64,000 bases of DNA from positions 2,424-66,423 of IMG/VR virus record IMGVR_UViG_3300049043_000066. One strand, given 5' to 3'. The first letter of the stretch is position 1. Each line of letters opens with the position of its first letter. A program made the translations under genes and the position numbers. Shown piece after piece: positions 45,075 to 58,072 of this stretch. The stretch comes from a virus. The notes below the pieces were generated by a model. The model was not told the origin of the DNA and did no database searches. It worked only from the letters and a program-made list of their open reading frames with translations.

Positions 45075-46050
45075 TCAACCAAAGAGCATACCATCAAGTT
45101 CTGTATACCCAGCAGGAAGACCAGTAAGGTTTGCACCAGATCCAGAGAATGATGTTGCTGTTACAAGATCACTTACTGTTTACACCAGAAGCATTAATGG
45201 TAACTGCAGATCCTAACAACTGCTGATGTTGCTGTTACAATACCACTGGAATTAATGTTACCTGATGTAACAGATCCAACTGTAATGTTTGGTGTACCAG
45301 AAAGACCTGTTGCAGTACCAGTTAAAGTACCAACAAAACTTGATGCAGTAACAATACCAGTGACTACAGCATTTGTACTGACCTGTAATCTATTGGTTGT
45401 GGTAATACCAGTAACATTTAGATTATCAAAACTGGTGGATGCATTAATGATTGATGTAATGGTATAACCAATTGCTTCCAGTTCATCATTAACTGCAGCA
45501 GCATCAGTTAAGAAGAAGTTCGTTCCACTGGTTCCAACATAAGTCAGTACCAGAACTTAAACGAACACCATTACGATAAACATCCAGATAACCAACTGTA
45601 TAACCTTGTGTAAATGCAAAAGGTCCTGTTGTTCCTGCACCTGTGTAAGTGTTGCGAATATAGATGTTTCCATCATTCGCATAGGTCACAGGAACCGCAG
45701 GACCTAAAGAAACACCAGAGAACGAAAGGTCAGCAGTTGGTGCAGTTGTAAAGGTAATATTTGTTGTGACTTACTGTATAATCAGTACCAGGTTCTTGTA
45801 CTACACCACCAATACTAATGAGAAGTGATTGTGCATTTGCAGGAAGAAGAGCAACACCACTTGAGGTTAATGCAAATGTTACAGTGCTTCCATTAAATGA
45901 AGTTTGTAAGTCATCAATGATTTTAATGTTTGATGCACTTGCTGGACTATAACTCTTCCATACTGTACCGTCCCATTCATAGGAAAACCCTGATGTTGTA
46001 TCAGTATAAACCTGACCTGTAGTGGGACTATTTGGAAAATTAAGTGCCAT
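45075..46050 (-). CDS. Tail-fibre-like structural protein (frameshifted)
   Basis: MALNFPNSP..., GGVVQEPGTDY, VGYLDVYRNGVRL, FSGSGANLT. Confidence 0.65.
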
Positions 46051-46076
46051 TATCTTGCTACTTTTTTAGTTATTTA

Positions 46077-46280
46077 TCATTCTGCTACGACTGTGCTACC
46101 TGTCCAACCACCATTTTTACCATCAGGATTGGTGATGAGTGCTGTTGCAGCACTTTTTGGTTGAGAAAGTTGCTTTTTGTGATGCATCATCAGTCCATCT
46201 GATTATCACCAGCATAATAAACGGTGATGTTTAAAAAAATGGATCATGTATCGACTTGGTTTGGAGATGTAGCAAGACAT
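46077..46280 (-). CDS. Small hypothetical late protein
   Basis: VYYAGDN.WTDD...NPDGKNGGW; late promoter upstream. Confidence 0.5.
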
Positions 46281-46298
46281 TGGAGGTTTTTTGAGTAT

Positions 46299-47401
46299 TT
46301 ATCTCTTGCATGTTCCGCATCCGGCACCGGTAAAGGTTTGCTGCTTGGTGCTCTGGCATCATCAGCGTCCTCACGGCAAGGCAACGAACAACAACAATTC
46401 CTGGAACCGCCATTTCCACCAGAGCATTTTGAGGGTTGGTTCCAGTGGTATTTGCGCCACCACCCCCACCTCCACTGTTTGTTACACCAGGACTTCCATT
46501 AACTCCTGGACCTGTACACCGGCACCACCGCCGCCAAGACCGCCAGTTCCAGGTGTTCCTTGTGGTGGATGTTGTCCTCCTCCTCCACCACCACCAAAAT
46601 AACCACTTAATGGTGCAAATGGAACTCCAATTAAAGGACCAGTAAAGTTGGGAAATTGAACTCCACTTCCACCTGGACCTGCAGTGGTTGATGTTGCATC
46701 AGTTCCAGCACCTCCAGCACCTCCGCCGCCACCAGAACGGGAATAAGATTGCCGAACGCCGCGCCGCCTGATTTCCATAATTAGTTATCCAAGATTTTCC
46801 TGGATTTTGTGCGGGTTGATTTCCTGGAGCATTACTTGCTGGGTAACTCCCTGGTCCATACATTTGACCACCACCGGAACCACCAGTGGCACCAGCTTCC
46901 ATTTGCAACATCTCCTCCTCCACCGCCACCACCTTTAGTGATGATATAATAAGGATTGGGAGTAGATCCAAAGGTTGAATCTGTCCCATTTGGACCAGGA
47001 TCTCCAGTTGGTGTACTTGATGGTGTTGGTGCAGGACACCGGGTCCAACTGTAATAGGAATGCTTAATGGTCCAGAAATTGTAGTTGTTCCAGAACCAAC
47101 ACCCCAGCGTCCACCGCCGGCACCAAGCTTCCTCACCACCAGCACCACCGCCAGCAACAATAAGAATTTCAATTTGTCTTGATGCTGCATTTGGTGAACT
47201 TACGTAAAAGTCCCTGATGAAGTAAAGGTATGATACTTATATCCATTACCTGGAGCAAGAGCATCAACATTTCCACCACTCGCAACGAAAGCGAATCACT
47301 CTCTTAGTAACTACACTACTATTCAGATTTAAATCTCTGTCTCTAAAAGATCTAAGTAGTTTTCCTACACTTCTACCAATTGTTGATCTGATAGGAGCCA
47401 T
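46299..47401 (-). CDS. Glycine-rich virion protein (frameshifted)
   Basis: APGNGYKYHTFTSSG...PLSGYFGGGGG. Confidence 0.7.
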
Positions 47402-47402
47402 A

Positions 47403-47742
47403 TCAAACCTCCTTATCGCCAGTAATCAAGAAGTTAACGGTAGAAGTTCCAGCACCTACGTCGAAATACTATCACCTGTGGTATCAATTACTAAAGGATA
47501 TGATGGTTCAATCAAAACTGTTTCTCCTGCATTTACATCAACATCAAACAGTCTTGTGTTAGCACTTACAGAACCACCACTTGGAATAAAATAAACTTGA
47601 GCAGTAGCAGAAGTTGCTGTGCTCGCATCAGCCATTATAGATTTCACATATACTTTCTTAGAACTGGTAACTGTAATAATTCCCACTGTGCTCGCAGCAG
47701 AAACTACGACAATATTACTCAGTTTTCCTTATTGAGTGCCAT
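47403..47742 (-). CDS. Small structural protein (MALN/MALK family)
   Basis: VGIITV...YVKSI...ETVLIEPSYPLV...GD...VNFLITGD. Confidence 0.65.
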
Positions 47743-47769
47743 GGTTTCTTTTTTAGTTATTTATGAAGA

Positions 47770-48268
47770 TTAACTACCACCATATAACCAAGAATCTAAC
47801 GTTAATCCACCAGATTGGTCATCAAGTCCATAGATGTAGTCACTATACCGACTGCATTAATACCACCAGCATTTACAACAATGCCACTTCTTGCTGTTAC
47901 AATACCAATAGAATCAACATTGGTTACATCTTCGTAAGTTAATGTGCCAGCAATACTTACATTACCTGTAAAAGTTGCAGCAGTACCTGTGATATTTCCG
48001 CTGAATGTGGGGGAACTTAAGGTATTGGTTGTTGAGTTCCAAGTTAAGTCTGCATCAGTTGCAGCAGTCGTCATCGTGCCTGATGTAAGGTTAGTCAGTA
48101 CAACTCTCTGGGAACCTGAACCAGCACTTAAGGTTGATCCTGCATTCGTAAGTCCCAGAACCATCACCAACAAAACTGGTAGCAGTAACAACACCAACAA
48201 CCAGATTGTTTGGTGCATTGCTACAACACTTGTACTAAAACCTGCAAGACTGAGACGTCTCTGGACAT
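47770..48268 (-). CDS. Short tail-fibre-like protein
   Basis: GNITGTAATFTGNVSIAGTLTYEDVTNVDS motif. Confidence 0.65.
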
Positions 48269-48291
48269 CTTATTGCTACTTTTCTAGTTAT

Positions 48292-48720
48292 TTATCTGCT
48301 TATCTGTGCCCAGTTCTTCAATATCTGCCTTTGCTGCTCTTTGATTGCTTCTATCAATACTCCAATCAATCCATTATAATTTACTGACTTATGATGTTCG
48401 TCATTTCTTTGATTAATTCTGGTATGACTTCTTCAATATCTTGTGCAATCACACCAATCGCATCTTCCTTTGTATCTTTCCATCTAAATCCAACACCATT
48501 AATCTGCATTACTTTTGCTAATGGGTCAGTGATTTGAATGGATGTTTTCTTTGAGTTTAATATCAGACGTTGAGTTAATATCAATACAGGTAATCGTACC
48601 TGATACTTGTAATGTTGTTGATGGAACTGTTGTGCCTACACCAACACGACTATTGGTAGTATCAACATAGAAATTACTACCACTTGCTTGATTAGCATTT
48701 TGGCGTGTCTTGTTTGCCAT
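48292..48720 (-). CDS. Protein with peptidase S74 intramolecular-chaperone domain (frameshifted)
   Basis: SDIKLKENI...GVGFRWK...GVIAQDIEEVIPEL...NYNGLIGVLIEAIK. Confidence 0.8.
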
Positions 48721-48751
48721 TACCTATAATTCCTCTTGTTTATTATTTATT

Positions 48752-50908
48752 TTAATTGAGTTTAAATATCTCCATTTTGGTATAAAGTCCACTACCATCA
48801 CCAGTAACTACTTGACTGGTTGGATTACTGGTATAAGCAGTAAAATCAATATAATCAGTTGTTCCATTCATCGTAACAATACCGCAGGCATATTGATTGT
48901 ATTGGAATGTTTGTACTCCCGAAAGAGCTATTGCAAATGTATTTCCATTTTTTCTAACTTGAATATTTGATTGAACACTATTTGTACTAGCACCTCCCTG
49001 CCAGTTAAGCATTGCCTGAACTTGATAAGTTCCTGCAACTGTTGGAGTTGTACGAGTTGTAATTCCACTATACCAACCATTTGTATCACTAGTTGCAGTA
49101 AAACCAATCAAAGCATCAGCACCACTTGTAACAGTTTGGTTTGATGTTCTTGCAAGTTTTACATAATAATTTCCAGGTGCATTTAGGTTTCCAGTGATTG
49201 TTGTTGCACCACTAATTCTTGCGTTTCCAGTAACTATCAGTGCAGTTGTTGCAGTTCCAATCGTAACATTGGTTGCAGTAATGATACCAACAGTAATATT
49301 AGGTGTTCCTGTAAGTCCTTGTGATACTGTTGAGATACCAGATGTTGTTGCATATCCAGCAGTTGTTGCAGTTGTAGAAACTCCTGCTGTGGTTGCATAT
49401 GTTGCAATACCTGCTGATAGTGGCATAAGTTGCTATTCCTGCGGTGGTTGCATAAGTTGCGATACCACTTGAAGTAGCATAAGTTGCAATGCCTGCTGTG
49501 GTTGCATAGGTTGCAATACCAGCAGTTGTAGAATAGGTTGCGATTCCTGCATGTAGTTGCATAAGTTGCAATACCAGCAGTGGTCGCATAGGTTGCATTT
49601 GTTGCAATACCTGCTGATATTGCATAAGCACCAATCAGAATAAGTTTGATATCCAACAATTTCTACAACATCATCTACAGTTGCTCCTTCAGTTAAAACA
49701 ACAGTAGATCCATCAGTTGCTGTATATTCACTTTCGGTAAGTTTAATACCATTTAAATACACATCAACATAACCAACACTATAAGTTGCACTAAATGATG
49801 TTTGTGATGCAGTTGCTGTATATGAGTAAACATTTTTAGCAGAAGATCCTGTTGCACCTTGAGGACCTGTTGGACCTCTATTGGTTGCAACCTCTATAAT
49901 ATCAACAACATCACCTAATGCTGCTGCTTCATTTAATACAACAGAAGTTCCATTTGCTGCTGTGTATTCACTAGAACTTAAACGAATACCATTTAAGAAT
50001 ACATCAACATAACCAACATCATAAGTTACACTGAATGTTGTTTGCCCTGCTGTTGCAACGAATGAGTTTTCTGTATAAGTTGATGTTGTGATACCAGAGT
50101 AGTTAAATGGTGCAGCATCAACCCACTGGTCACTGCTACCATCTTTATAATAAACAAATAGACGACCGTAGTTAGAGTTATACCATAAGTCACCATCACT
50201 TGGTCCCGTTGGTGCTGTTGCTCCTACTGATACTGTTGCAGCACCACTTCCTTGAAGATTGAATGGTGCAGCATCAACCCACTGTGAACTATTACCATCA
50301 TTAAAGTAAACAAATAATCTTGCAAGTGTTGTGTGATACCATAAATCACCTGCAGTTGGTGATGATGGTGCTGAAGATTGTACTGTAACTCTTGCAATTG
50401 CACTGATACCAGTAATACCAGCACCATCACCATAGAACTTATATGCAGTAACAATACCAGCAGCAAGAACTGTTGTATTTGCTGATGTAACTATTGCATT
50501 TGGATTAGTGGTTCCAATACCAACAGCAGATAATGTATGAATACCTGCTGATGTTGTAACCCATTGACTTCCACCACCCGCAGAAATACCAGTGAGTTGT
50601 GAACCATCACCAACAAAACTGGTCGCACTGACGACACCAATGACGTTCAGTGCTGCTTTTGGATTAGTCGTTCCAATACCAACAGAACCAACAGTAAAAT
50701 AAGTATTATATGCTGTGCTTCCTAAACCAACAGACCAAGGATTGACTACAACAATTGTAGTTCCAACACCAACTCCACCTTGGTCTTGTTCAATATAAAC
50801 CTTACCATCATAGGTGTTAATTGCAAATTCCCCAAGTTCCAAACCTGCGATTGTGGGAATTTTACCGGCAACAGCCGACCGTTTAACCTTAATAATTGGA
50901 GCAGCCAT
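48752..50908 (-). CDS. Tail fibre protein (frameshifted)
   Basis: IKVKRS...LELGEFAINTYDGK, GDLWY repeats, VDVFLNGIRL domains, AGIATYATT repeats, C1q-like C-terminus. Confidence 0.75.
49383..49625 (-). repeat. Degenerate 27-bp tandem repeat encoding AGIATYATT
   Basis: Eight GIAT units at about 27 bp spacing. Confidence 0.85.
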
Positions 50909-50965
50909 TCAACCTCATATATGGTATAAACCGTAGAACTCTTATATAAGAGTTTTTAGTATTTA

Positions 50966-51142
50966 TCAAAAATCGTCTTCCTTTGTTGAGGTTCTTTTAG
51001 GTTTCTTTAACTGTTCTTGAAGTGTTGCAACAGTCTTGTTTAACTGCTCTACTTGCGTCTCTAGAACAATATTTTGATTAAACAATTCAAATGCTTTTTG
51101 TTGATATTTTGCTAATACTGCCTTCAGGTCATCTTCAGTCAT
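50966..51142 (-). CDS. Small coiled-coil protein
   Basis: MTEDDLKAVLAKYQQKAFELFNQNIVLETQV... Confidence 0.7.
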   Translation of the reverse strand: MTEDDLKAVLAKYQQKAFELFNQNIVLETQVEQLNKTVATLQEQLKKPKRTSTKEDDF

Positions 51143-51176
51143 AAAAAAGAGGAAGATATAAACTTCCTCTATTTAG
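51143..51176 (-). terminator. Intrinsic terminator overlapped by a late promoter
   Basis: CTAAATAGAGGAAG-tttatat-CTTCCTCT-TTTTT-ATG. Confidence 0.65.
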
Positions 51177-51180
51177 ATTA

Positions 51181-53418
51181 TCAGGTGAAACTTCCACCAT
51201 CAATCGTGATATTTTCCAGAGTTCTTGTGCTTCCAGAACAGTTGATGACTTGTGATTGTCCAGCACAGTCATTGACCCATAATCCACCAATTTCAAGTGC
51301 TGCATAACTGGAGAAAGTGATTTGTGGATTGCTGCTTCCTGAACCATCAGCATCAGCACTGATAACAGAACCTAACTTAAATCTTGCATCTGCTTGTTCC
51401 CAAACAAGTGCTGATTTCTTCGCAGAACCATCATAGTAGTTGAATAGAACACCAAGGTCCCAAGTGGTGGTAGATGATGGAGCAGAACCATCAACAACAC
51501 CAAGTTCAATGGTACGGTCTTCTACAGTTGCGGTGGTTGTATTGACTTGTGTTGTAGAACCATTAACGTAAAGATTTCCAGTAATCAGTCAGGTTTTGTG
51601 ATGCAGTGATGTTACCTGATGTATCAATCGTTGCTGCTTGAGTTCCGTTACGATGCTGAATAGTAGCAGCCTTAAGTGTTGGAGCACTTAATGCAGTTCC
51701 AACGATGACTGTATCAGGAAGTCCAACAGTAATCGTTTGACCTGATGCTGCAGTTGTCGATTTCACCTGCAGTACCAGCAACGGTTAATGTTTGTGATGT
51801 ATTAACAGTACCAGTTCCAGTATCACCAGCAATACCAGTGGTTACATCAACAGCATCAACATATGCTTTAACTGCTGCTTGTGTTGGTAGATATGCGTTG
51901 CTGTTTTCTGCAAGTGTGGTGCTTGAGGAAATACCAGTAATACCAATACCTGATGTACCATTCAGTTTTAATGTTCCAGTGGTTGTGATACCAGTGACTT
52001 TAATGTCTTGTGCAAAGGTTGCATTGAGACCAGATAAAGTAATCAGAGTATTTGCGTCTGATGCACTCCTGATTTCGTTGACGACTGCCTTTGCTTGGAA
52101 GGATACATCACCGTTAGAGTACAGGTAAAGTGCATTGGAACCACCACCTGCTTTGATGTATGCATTGACTGCGTTAATATTACCAACACTCAAGATACTA
52201 GAAACACCAACATTACCTGTAGAAGGATTAATTGATAAACCAGCACCAACTCTTATTGTTTCTCCATTTGTTCCAGTAAGATGTAGTTACAAATGGAACA
52301 TAGTAAGAGGCATTTGTTGATGTGGTTGTTGTATCAACAGTTGTTGCTCTGGTTGCTGTTGTTGCAGTACCCGTTAATGCACCAACAAATCCACCAGTTG
52401 CGGTGATAATACCTGATGCATTAATGCTGGTTGCACTTGCATCACCCAAAACAGGAGTTACAAGAGTTGGTGATGTTGCAAATACAAGTGAACCACTACC
52501 AGTTTCGTCACTACAAGCAGTTGCTAACTGTGCTGATGTAAATGATAAGGTGTTATTTGATAAGTTAATTGTTTTATTGGTAAGTGTCTGAACAGACGAT
52601 ATACCAGCAACGATATCATTACCACCAAAAAACGTTGCAATACCACCACCAGTTGCAGGAGCCTGTAATGTTGTTTGACCTGATGTACTACCATTCAGGT
52701 TGATACCAGTGGTGAATGATGGACTGGTTGCAAATACAAGTAAATTGCCCCCACCAGTATAACTTGATGCTTGGTTACCGTTAATTCTTAAGACATTACC
52801 AGTTCCAGCAGTATCAAATGTTTTATTGGTAAGAGTATCAGTTGTTGCACGACCAATTAATGTATCTGTGGATGTTGGAAGTGTTAATGTACCTCCATTT
52901 GTAATTGTACCGATAACTGGTGATGATAATGTCGGTGCAACTGCAAATACAAGTGAACCACTACCAGTCTCATCAGTGACTGCACTTGCTAAATTAGCTG
53001 ATGATGGAGTAACCAGGAAAGTTGTAACACCAGCACCAGCACCAGTGAGTGTTCCTGCATTGGTTGTAACCGTTGCGAAACTTAAAGTACCTGAACCATT
53101 CGTAACGATTGCTTGGTTTGAAGTTCCATCAGCACTTGGAAGAGTAAAGGTTGTAATACCAGAAAGACTATCTGGTGCTTTAAGAGTTACATATTGCGTC
53201 CCGTTTGTAGTACCTTCAACAAAGTTTACACCACTACCTGTTGATGCAGTACCTTTGGTCCAATAACGATGAGAACCAAAGAACTTATTATTGTTTGAGG
53301 TACTATCAATACCTACGTAAAGGTCGTAACTATCAGTTGTAAATCCAGGTTCACCAGCCCTTAAACCAGGGAGATTAGCAAGAAGACCTCTCTTAAACTG
53401 TAAAACAGGAGCAGCCAT
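51181..53418 (-). CDS. Tail fibre / baseplate-associated protein (frameshifted)
   Basis: MAAPVLQFKRG...AGEPGFTTD, DETGSGSLVFA repeats, TLTNKT, VEDRTIELG...IDGGSF. Confidence 0.75.
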
Positions 53419-53449
53419 CTTTCTTTATACTTTTCTTTTATTTATTGTA

Positions 53450-53776
53450 TCAAAAACCCCCGCCATCCAAATCAATTTTATCATCCAGGTCCACATCTAA
53501 CTTATCAATGAAGGTTTGTGGAAGTCCTGGAGAATTTGTATCCGTCACCGCAGTTGAGAGCACTGCATCTGGATTTGATGTTACAAACTTTCCTGTTGAT
53601 GCATTATAAGTGAGCACATAACCATTTTGTACTCCTGCAACATTTACGTCATCAAGGTCTGATAGGTTAGCCACATCCTTTGCTCCTGAACCTAAAATTG
53701 CTGATACTTTGTACTGTGCTTTTGCTGAAGATTTAACTGAATAACTATCGTTTGATGCTGATACTTTGTAAGTCAT
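53450..53776 (-). CDS. Small structural protein
   Basis: LSDLDDVN...GYVLTYN...LDDKIDLDGGGF. Confidence 0.7.
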   Translation of the reverse strand: MTYKVSASNDSYSVKSSAKAQYKVSAILGSGAKDVANLSDLDDVNVAGVQNGYVLTYNASTGKFVTSNPDAVLSTAVTDTNSPGLPQTFIDKLDVDLDDKIDLDGGGF

Positions 53777-54108
53777 ACAGATACCGTGTCGTGAACGAGT
53801 GCTGTACCTTCAAAGATTTTAATTTTCTTACCAGTTGTTGCGTGTGTTAAGACCACATCATAATAGTTTCGTCCTGCTGTTAAGTCTGCAGTCACCGTAG
53901 AACCCATCGAAATCTTTATCTCACCAGTTGCTGTTGTGATTGTTGTTGTAAAAGATGAGAATGTTGTTGCAGTGGGATGCTTACGGATTTTTGCAGTTGC
54001 TGATTGATTTGTAAGTGAATAAACGGAACTATCATTGTTTGAGACATTATAAATTGCCTCAAAGTCAGTTCCTTTCTCAATTACAATATTAACTGCAGGT
54101 ACGGTCAT
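53773..54108 (-). CDS. Small structural protein (baseplate-upper-like)
   Basis: VNIVIEKGTDF...AKIRKH...GRNYYDVVL...EG. Confidence 0.7.
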   Translation of the reverse strand: MTVPAVNIVIEKGTDFEAIYNVSNNDSSVYSLTNQSATAKIRKHPTATTFSSFTTTITTATGEIKISMGSTVTADLTAGRNYYDVVLTHATTGKKIKIFEGTALVHDTVSV

Positions 54109-54131
54109 TGTACTGGTATTGTTTTAAGTAT

Positions 54132-57100
54132 TTATCTTGCGTTTGCTTGTGCTCCGTAGAGGTTGATACTTGGTGCTTCTGCGAAGGCGGCGTAAATGTA
54201 TGTACTACCACTTCCATTGCTGCCTGCTCCAGAATCTAGGCTTTAAAACCGTTAGACAAAATATCTAAAGTGGTCTGAATACGGTTCCGCCAATACTAGG
54301 TTCTGCGTTTAGACGTATTCGCTGCAAAGACATTTCCACAAATTATAGGTTTCGCTGGCTGAATCCCAGATATACCAATCATTACCAGAGGCATTGGTTT
54401 GCTTAATCATCAACCACCTCGGCCTAAATCCCGGTGTACACAAACGGTCCATCGCTCGATCCGTTGCCAGTGTGCAGCTGCCAAAAGAAGAGTACCCGGA
54501 TACTCTGGTAAAACAATAAAGCACATATGTTGAACCAGAAGCATTTATTTGAGGATTATTTCCAAGGGCAATTGCTGTACTGGTAGGTGTTGCGTTGCCC
54601 CACATTGCACTGATGGCCACAGCATTTGTTGTTGTTTAATTCAATAGCTTGGGTATCGCACAGGCTGGAATGATAACCTGCCAGCCATTTGCAGCATCTC
54701 GCCGTTTGCCAATAATTAGATCTGGTGCAACTCCTAACCCATGTCCAACGTTGTACCCAGAAGGTGTATCCGCCGTACCAGATCCAGCACCCGTGTAAGT
54801 TATAATACTAAACCCACTCTTCGTATTCACAGAAGCACCAGTAGGAGTAATCGTTCCAGCAGTTAATCCGGCAGCAGATGCAGTTGAGTATCCAGTTCCA
54901 TTAATATTATAGGTATTTGAGTTTCCACCTGCTTTCCAGCACCAGGCAACATAACTTTTACCACTTTGATTACATTCAAGGTCAGCAGGTCCAGCACTAT
55001 CTGCACCCAATGTAAACCCATTTGAATTGTATGAAGTAACTTGATCCGTTGTAGTATATTCAGAAGATGTTGTAATTCTAAACCTTTTAGTAACTCCCCT
55101 AACAGAATCGGTTATATGATGATTGTATCCATTTGTAGTTCTTTCTTTTATCCACACGAAATCTGGTTGGAACCCGACATTAATACTCTGTGTTCCACCA
55201 TTACCATTATAAGTACTAACTCCAACATACTGATCCGGTACGAACAATGGTGGGACGTGGAGTATTTGCAAGTGTTAATGGTTGGAAACCTGCTGGTGGT
55301 GGGAACTTAAAGGGTTTTTGACCGAAGTTTGCATCAACACTATTAACACCATTAGAACCATTACAAGAAACTGCCATTGCATAGTCCCCAGAAATACCAC
55401 TAAATGCTTGACCTTGTGAAACTCCATTTTTATAAAATGTTAATGTTCCATTATCGGCATCAAAAGCAACGCCAATCAAATCTCCTGTTGTAAACGACAC
55501 TGCATATGATGGAAAGGATGCATTATTAACCTTTGTACCATCACCACGATATGCATAACTGGTTAAAGTATTTCCAATATAAGCACCAGCAGCAAAAGCA
55601 TAACCTATTGGTACAATACCAATATGAATACTACCAACAGGACCAGCAGCAGAACTTATAAAGTATTCGCAGTACCATTTACCAGTGCTTCTAAATATAT
55701 TAGAAACACTTGCAAACCAGTTTCCACCTGCTGATGAATATGAAAGATTTCCATTACTTAAAGTTCCTGATGATTGTAATGGATTTAAAGTAGCATAACC
55801 ACTCTGCAAACCTCTAACAGTCTTAATATTCGCAGTAAAGGGATTAAAGTTACTTGCAACAGCATTACCATTTGCTGTAATCGTTCCTGGTGTTACATCT
55901 GCTGTTGTTGCTGATGAGTTTGATTTACAGCACAGAAGTTTTGTATTTGCTACTGATGATATTGGTGCTGTTGGTGGTGTGAAGTTTGCTGTGTAGAGTG
56001 CAGTTCCTTTGACGATGTGGAGGTTTGAAATCATAGAAGCATTTGAAACTAGTATTCCTGATTCCATGTACCATATAGTTCCAACATATCAGGGTGAGAT
56101 GTTCCACTATGCTCACTCGCATCCATGCAGTAAACTGACTCCATCACCATATACATACTAGTATAAGTAACTATCTACTTGCTAACCGCAAGCAAGATGA
56201 TACCCATCTATCTAGTTGGTAATGATGATTACACAGATAAACTATATTGCATAACCACCTGCTACCATTTCTATAATAGTGTCAAATAACCACTGGAACT
56301 GACAAGCACTTGACTCCACCAGTTCCTATGCTCGAACATACAATTGGACGTGCTAGTTGAAATTATTAAGGTATACATAACATCTCTACTGTAAATGGAC
56401 CACTACCAAATGTAAAATCTGTTCCTATGCAGCAAGTTCGTTAAATAATCACCACTACCATCAAAAGCAACAGCACCATCAGTACTTGGAACTAATGCTA
56501 CATTAGAACTATAAGAAACTCCTGATGGACTATCTGGTACGATATCTGGGTCTGTGGATGCTGGTATGAAGTTGCTGGTGTATTTTGCGAGACCTTTGTA
56601 GATGCGGAAGTCTTGAAGATAACCATTTATATCATATCCAGTTCCTGCTGGACCTATAACCTGTTAATGTCCCATGTTCCGCCACAGTTGTTGTAACATT
56701 ACTAGTATTGGATTGAGTGGTGCTTTGCATTACACCATCAAGGAAGCAATATAATGTTCCACTGTATCTAGTAACTGCTAAATGTTGCCATCTTCCAGTT
56801 GTAAAACGCTCTAGTAATTACTGAAATCAGTTCCTGGTTTTAACCTTATGTAAAATATGATCCTCCAGCAATTAAATATATAGCACATCCATTATTTGTA
56901 ATTTGCGATTTTGCCCACAGTCCCACCAAGTTCCAGTATGTGGAATTTGAATATATCCAACATTTCTACAGTAAAATCACCTGTTCCAAACGCAAAATCT
57001 GATACTAGAAGTTAAAATGTTAGATAATCACCAGTCCCATCAAAGTAAAAACTTCCACCATAAAAATTACTATAAGCACTGTGATGCTAGCTGCATTAGT

Positions 57101-58060
57101 TGCGGTAATTGCTTTATTACTGTGTCCCACTATTAATAGCATTACTAAAATCACTCTTAATACCAACAAGAGGTAGTGCTAATACCAAACTACTTGCATT
57201 ACTATCAGTCCTTACACCAACTCTTGCAACCTTACCACCACCATCAGTATTCAGGATTGGTAGTGCTCCTGTTGCTTTATCAAGTGCAGTAGAACCACCA
57301 AAGTTCACCGGAGTCCAGTTGTTTCCTCTTCCTGATTGGTCTTGACCGATTGGTGCAGAACCATCAAAGGGGAGGTAGAAACCATTTGTACCGAATGCTA
57401 CTGATGATGATAACTTTTTAGGTCTCCAAGTATTTGTGAGTGGGTCAGTAAATCCAAAGTATGATGGGTCTAATGCTTGACCGTCTATGAAGTAGACGTT
57501 GTGATAGTTGACCATAAGAATAAATAATTAGTTGCGCACACCATAATGTCCTGCAATGATGTTACAGTATTATTGATCATTGAAGGATCACAGCATTATT
57601 GAAATATCCATATGTTGAACATAATCGGTTGTTGAGATTCCATTAATATAAGTTTGACTCTATCAGATGCTGTTGCAGTTAGTTGCATCAATGAAGAAGC
57701 ACAAACGTGCATACCAACCAAGAATATATCTGCTATATACTGAAGTGCTTCTACATTTTTAACTAGTTCCACTACCATCTTTAATTAATCCAACATTTAT
57801 CATTCGAATGGCAAATATCGAATAATGACATCATATTACTGCCACTTATGGCAGCACCCAGTTAACACTAAACGTGAACCAGATGCTCCATTCTTTTTAC
57901 CCAACCACTCCAAGTCCAAGTTGTTCTATTTCCAGGCACTGCTAGGAGTTCTTTTTAAATATTGACTTTTAGCATTATCAAACCTTAACCCACCATCAAT
58001 AACTTGAGCACCAGATGCTCTATCCTCACTGAATACAACCTGTGGAATTATTACACCCAT
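54132..58060 (-). CDS. Large receptor-binding-like protein with LamG/ConA and SPRY-like domains (frameshifted)
   Basis: GLRFD...WTWSGW, FGTNGFYLPF, GDFTVE, GKWYCE...IGVAFDAD...NFGQ, GFQPDFVWIK, YIYAAFAE. Confidence 0.75.
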
Positions 58061-58072
58061 TTATCTACCCTC

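Noticed and set aside
39150-46400. GC-rich patches (39150-39400, 43840-43930, 46310-46400; also 7950-8300) as foreign inserts
   Set aside because: They lie within genes, break the reading frame and look like low-quality basecalls.
49383-49625. CRISPR-like or ncRNA array
   Set aside because: No spacers; the repeat is in-frame coding sequence with synonymous variation. No CRISPR array was seen elsewhere.
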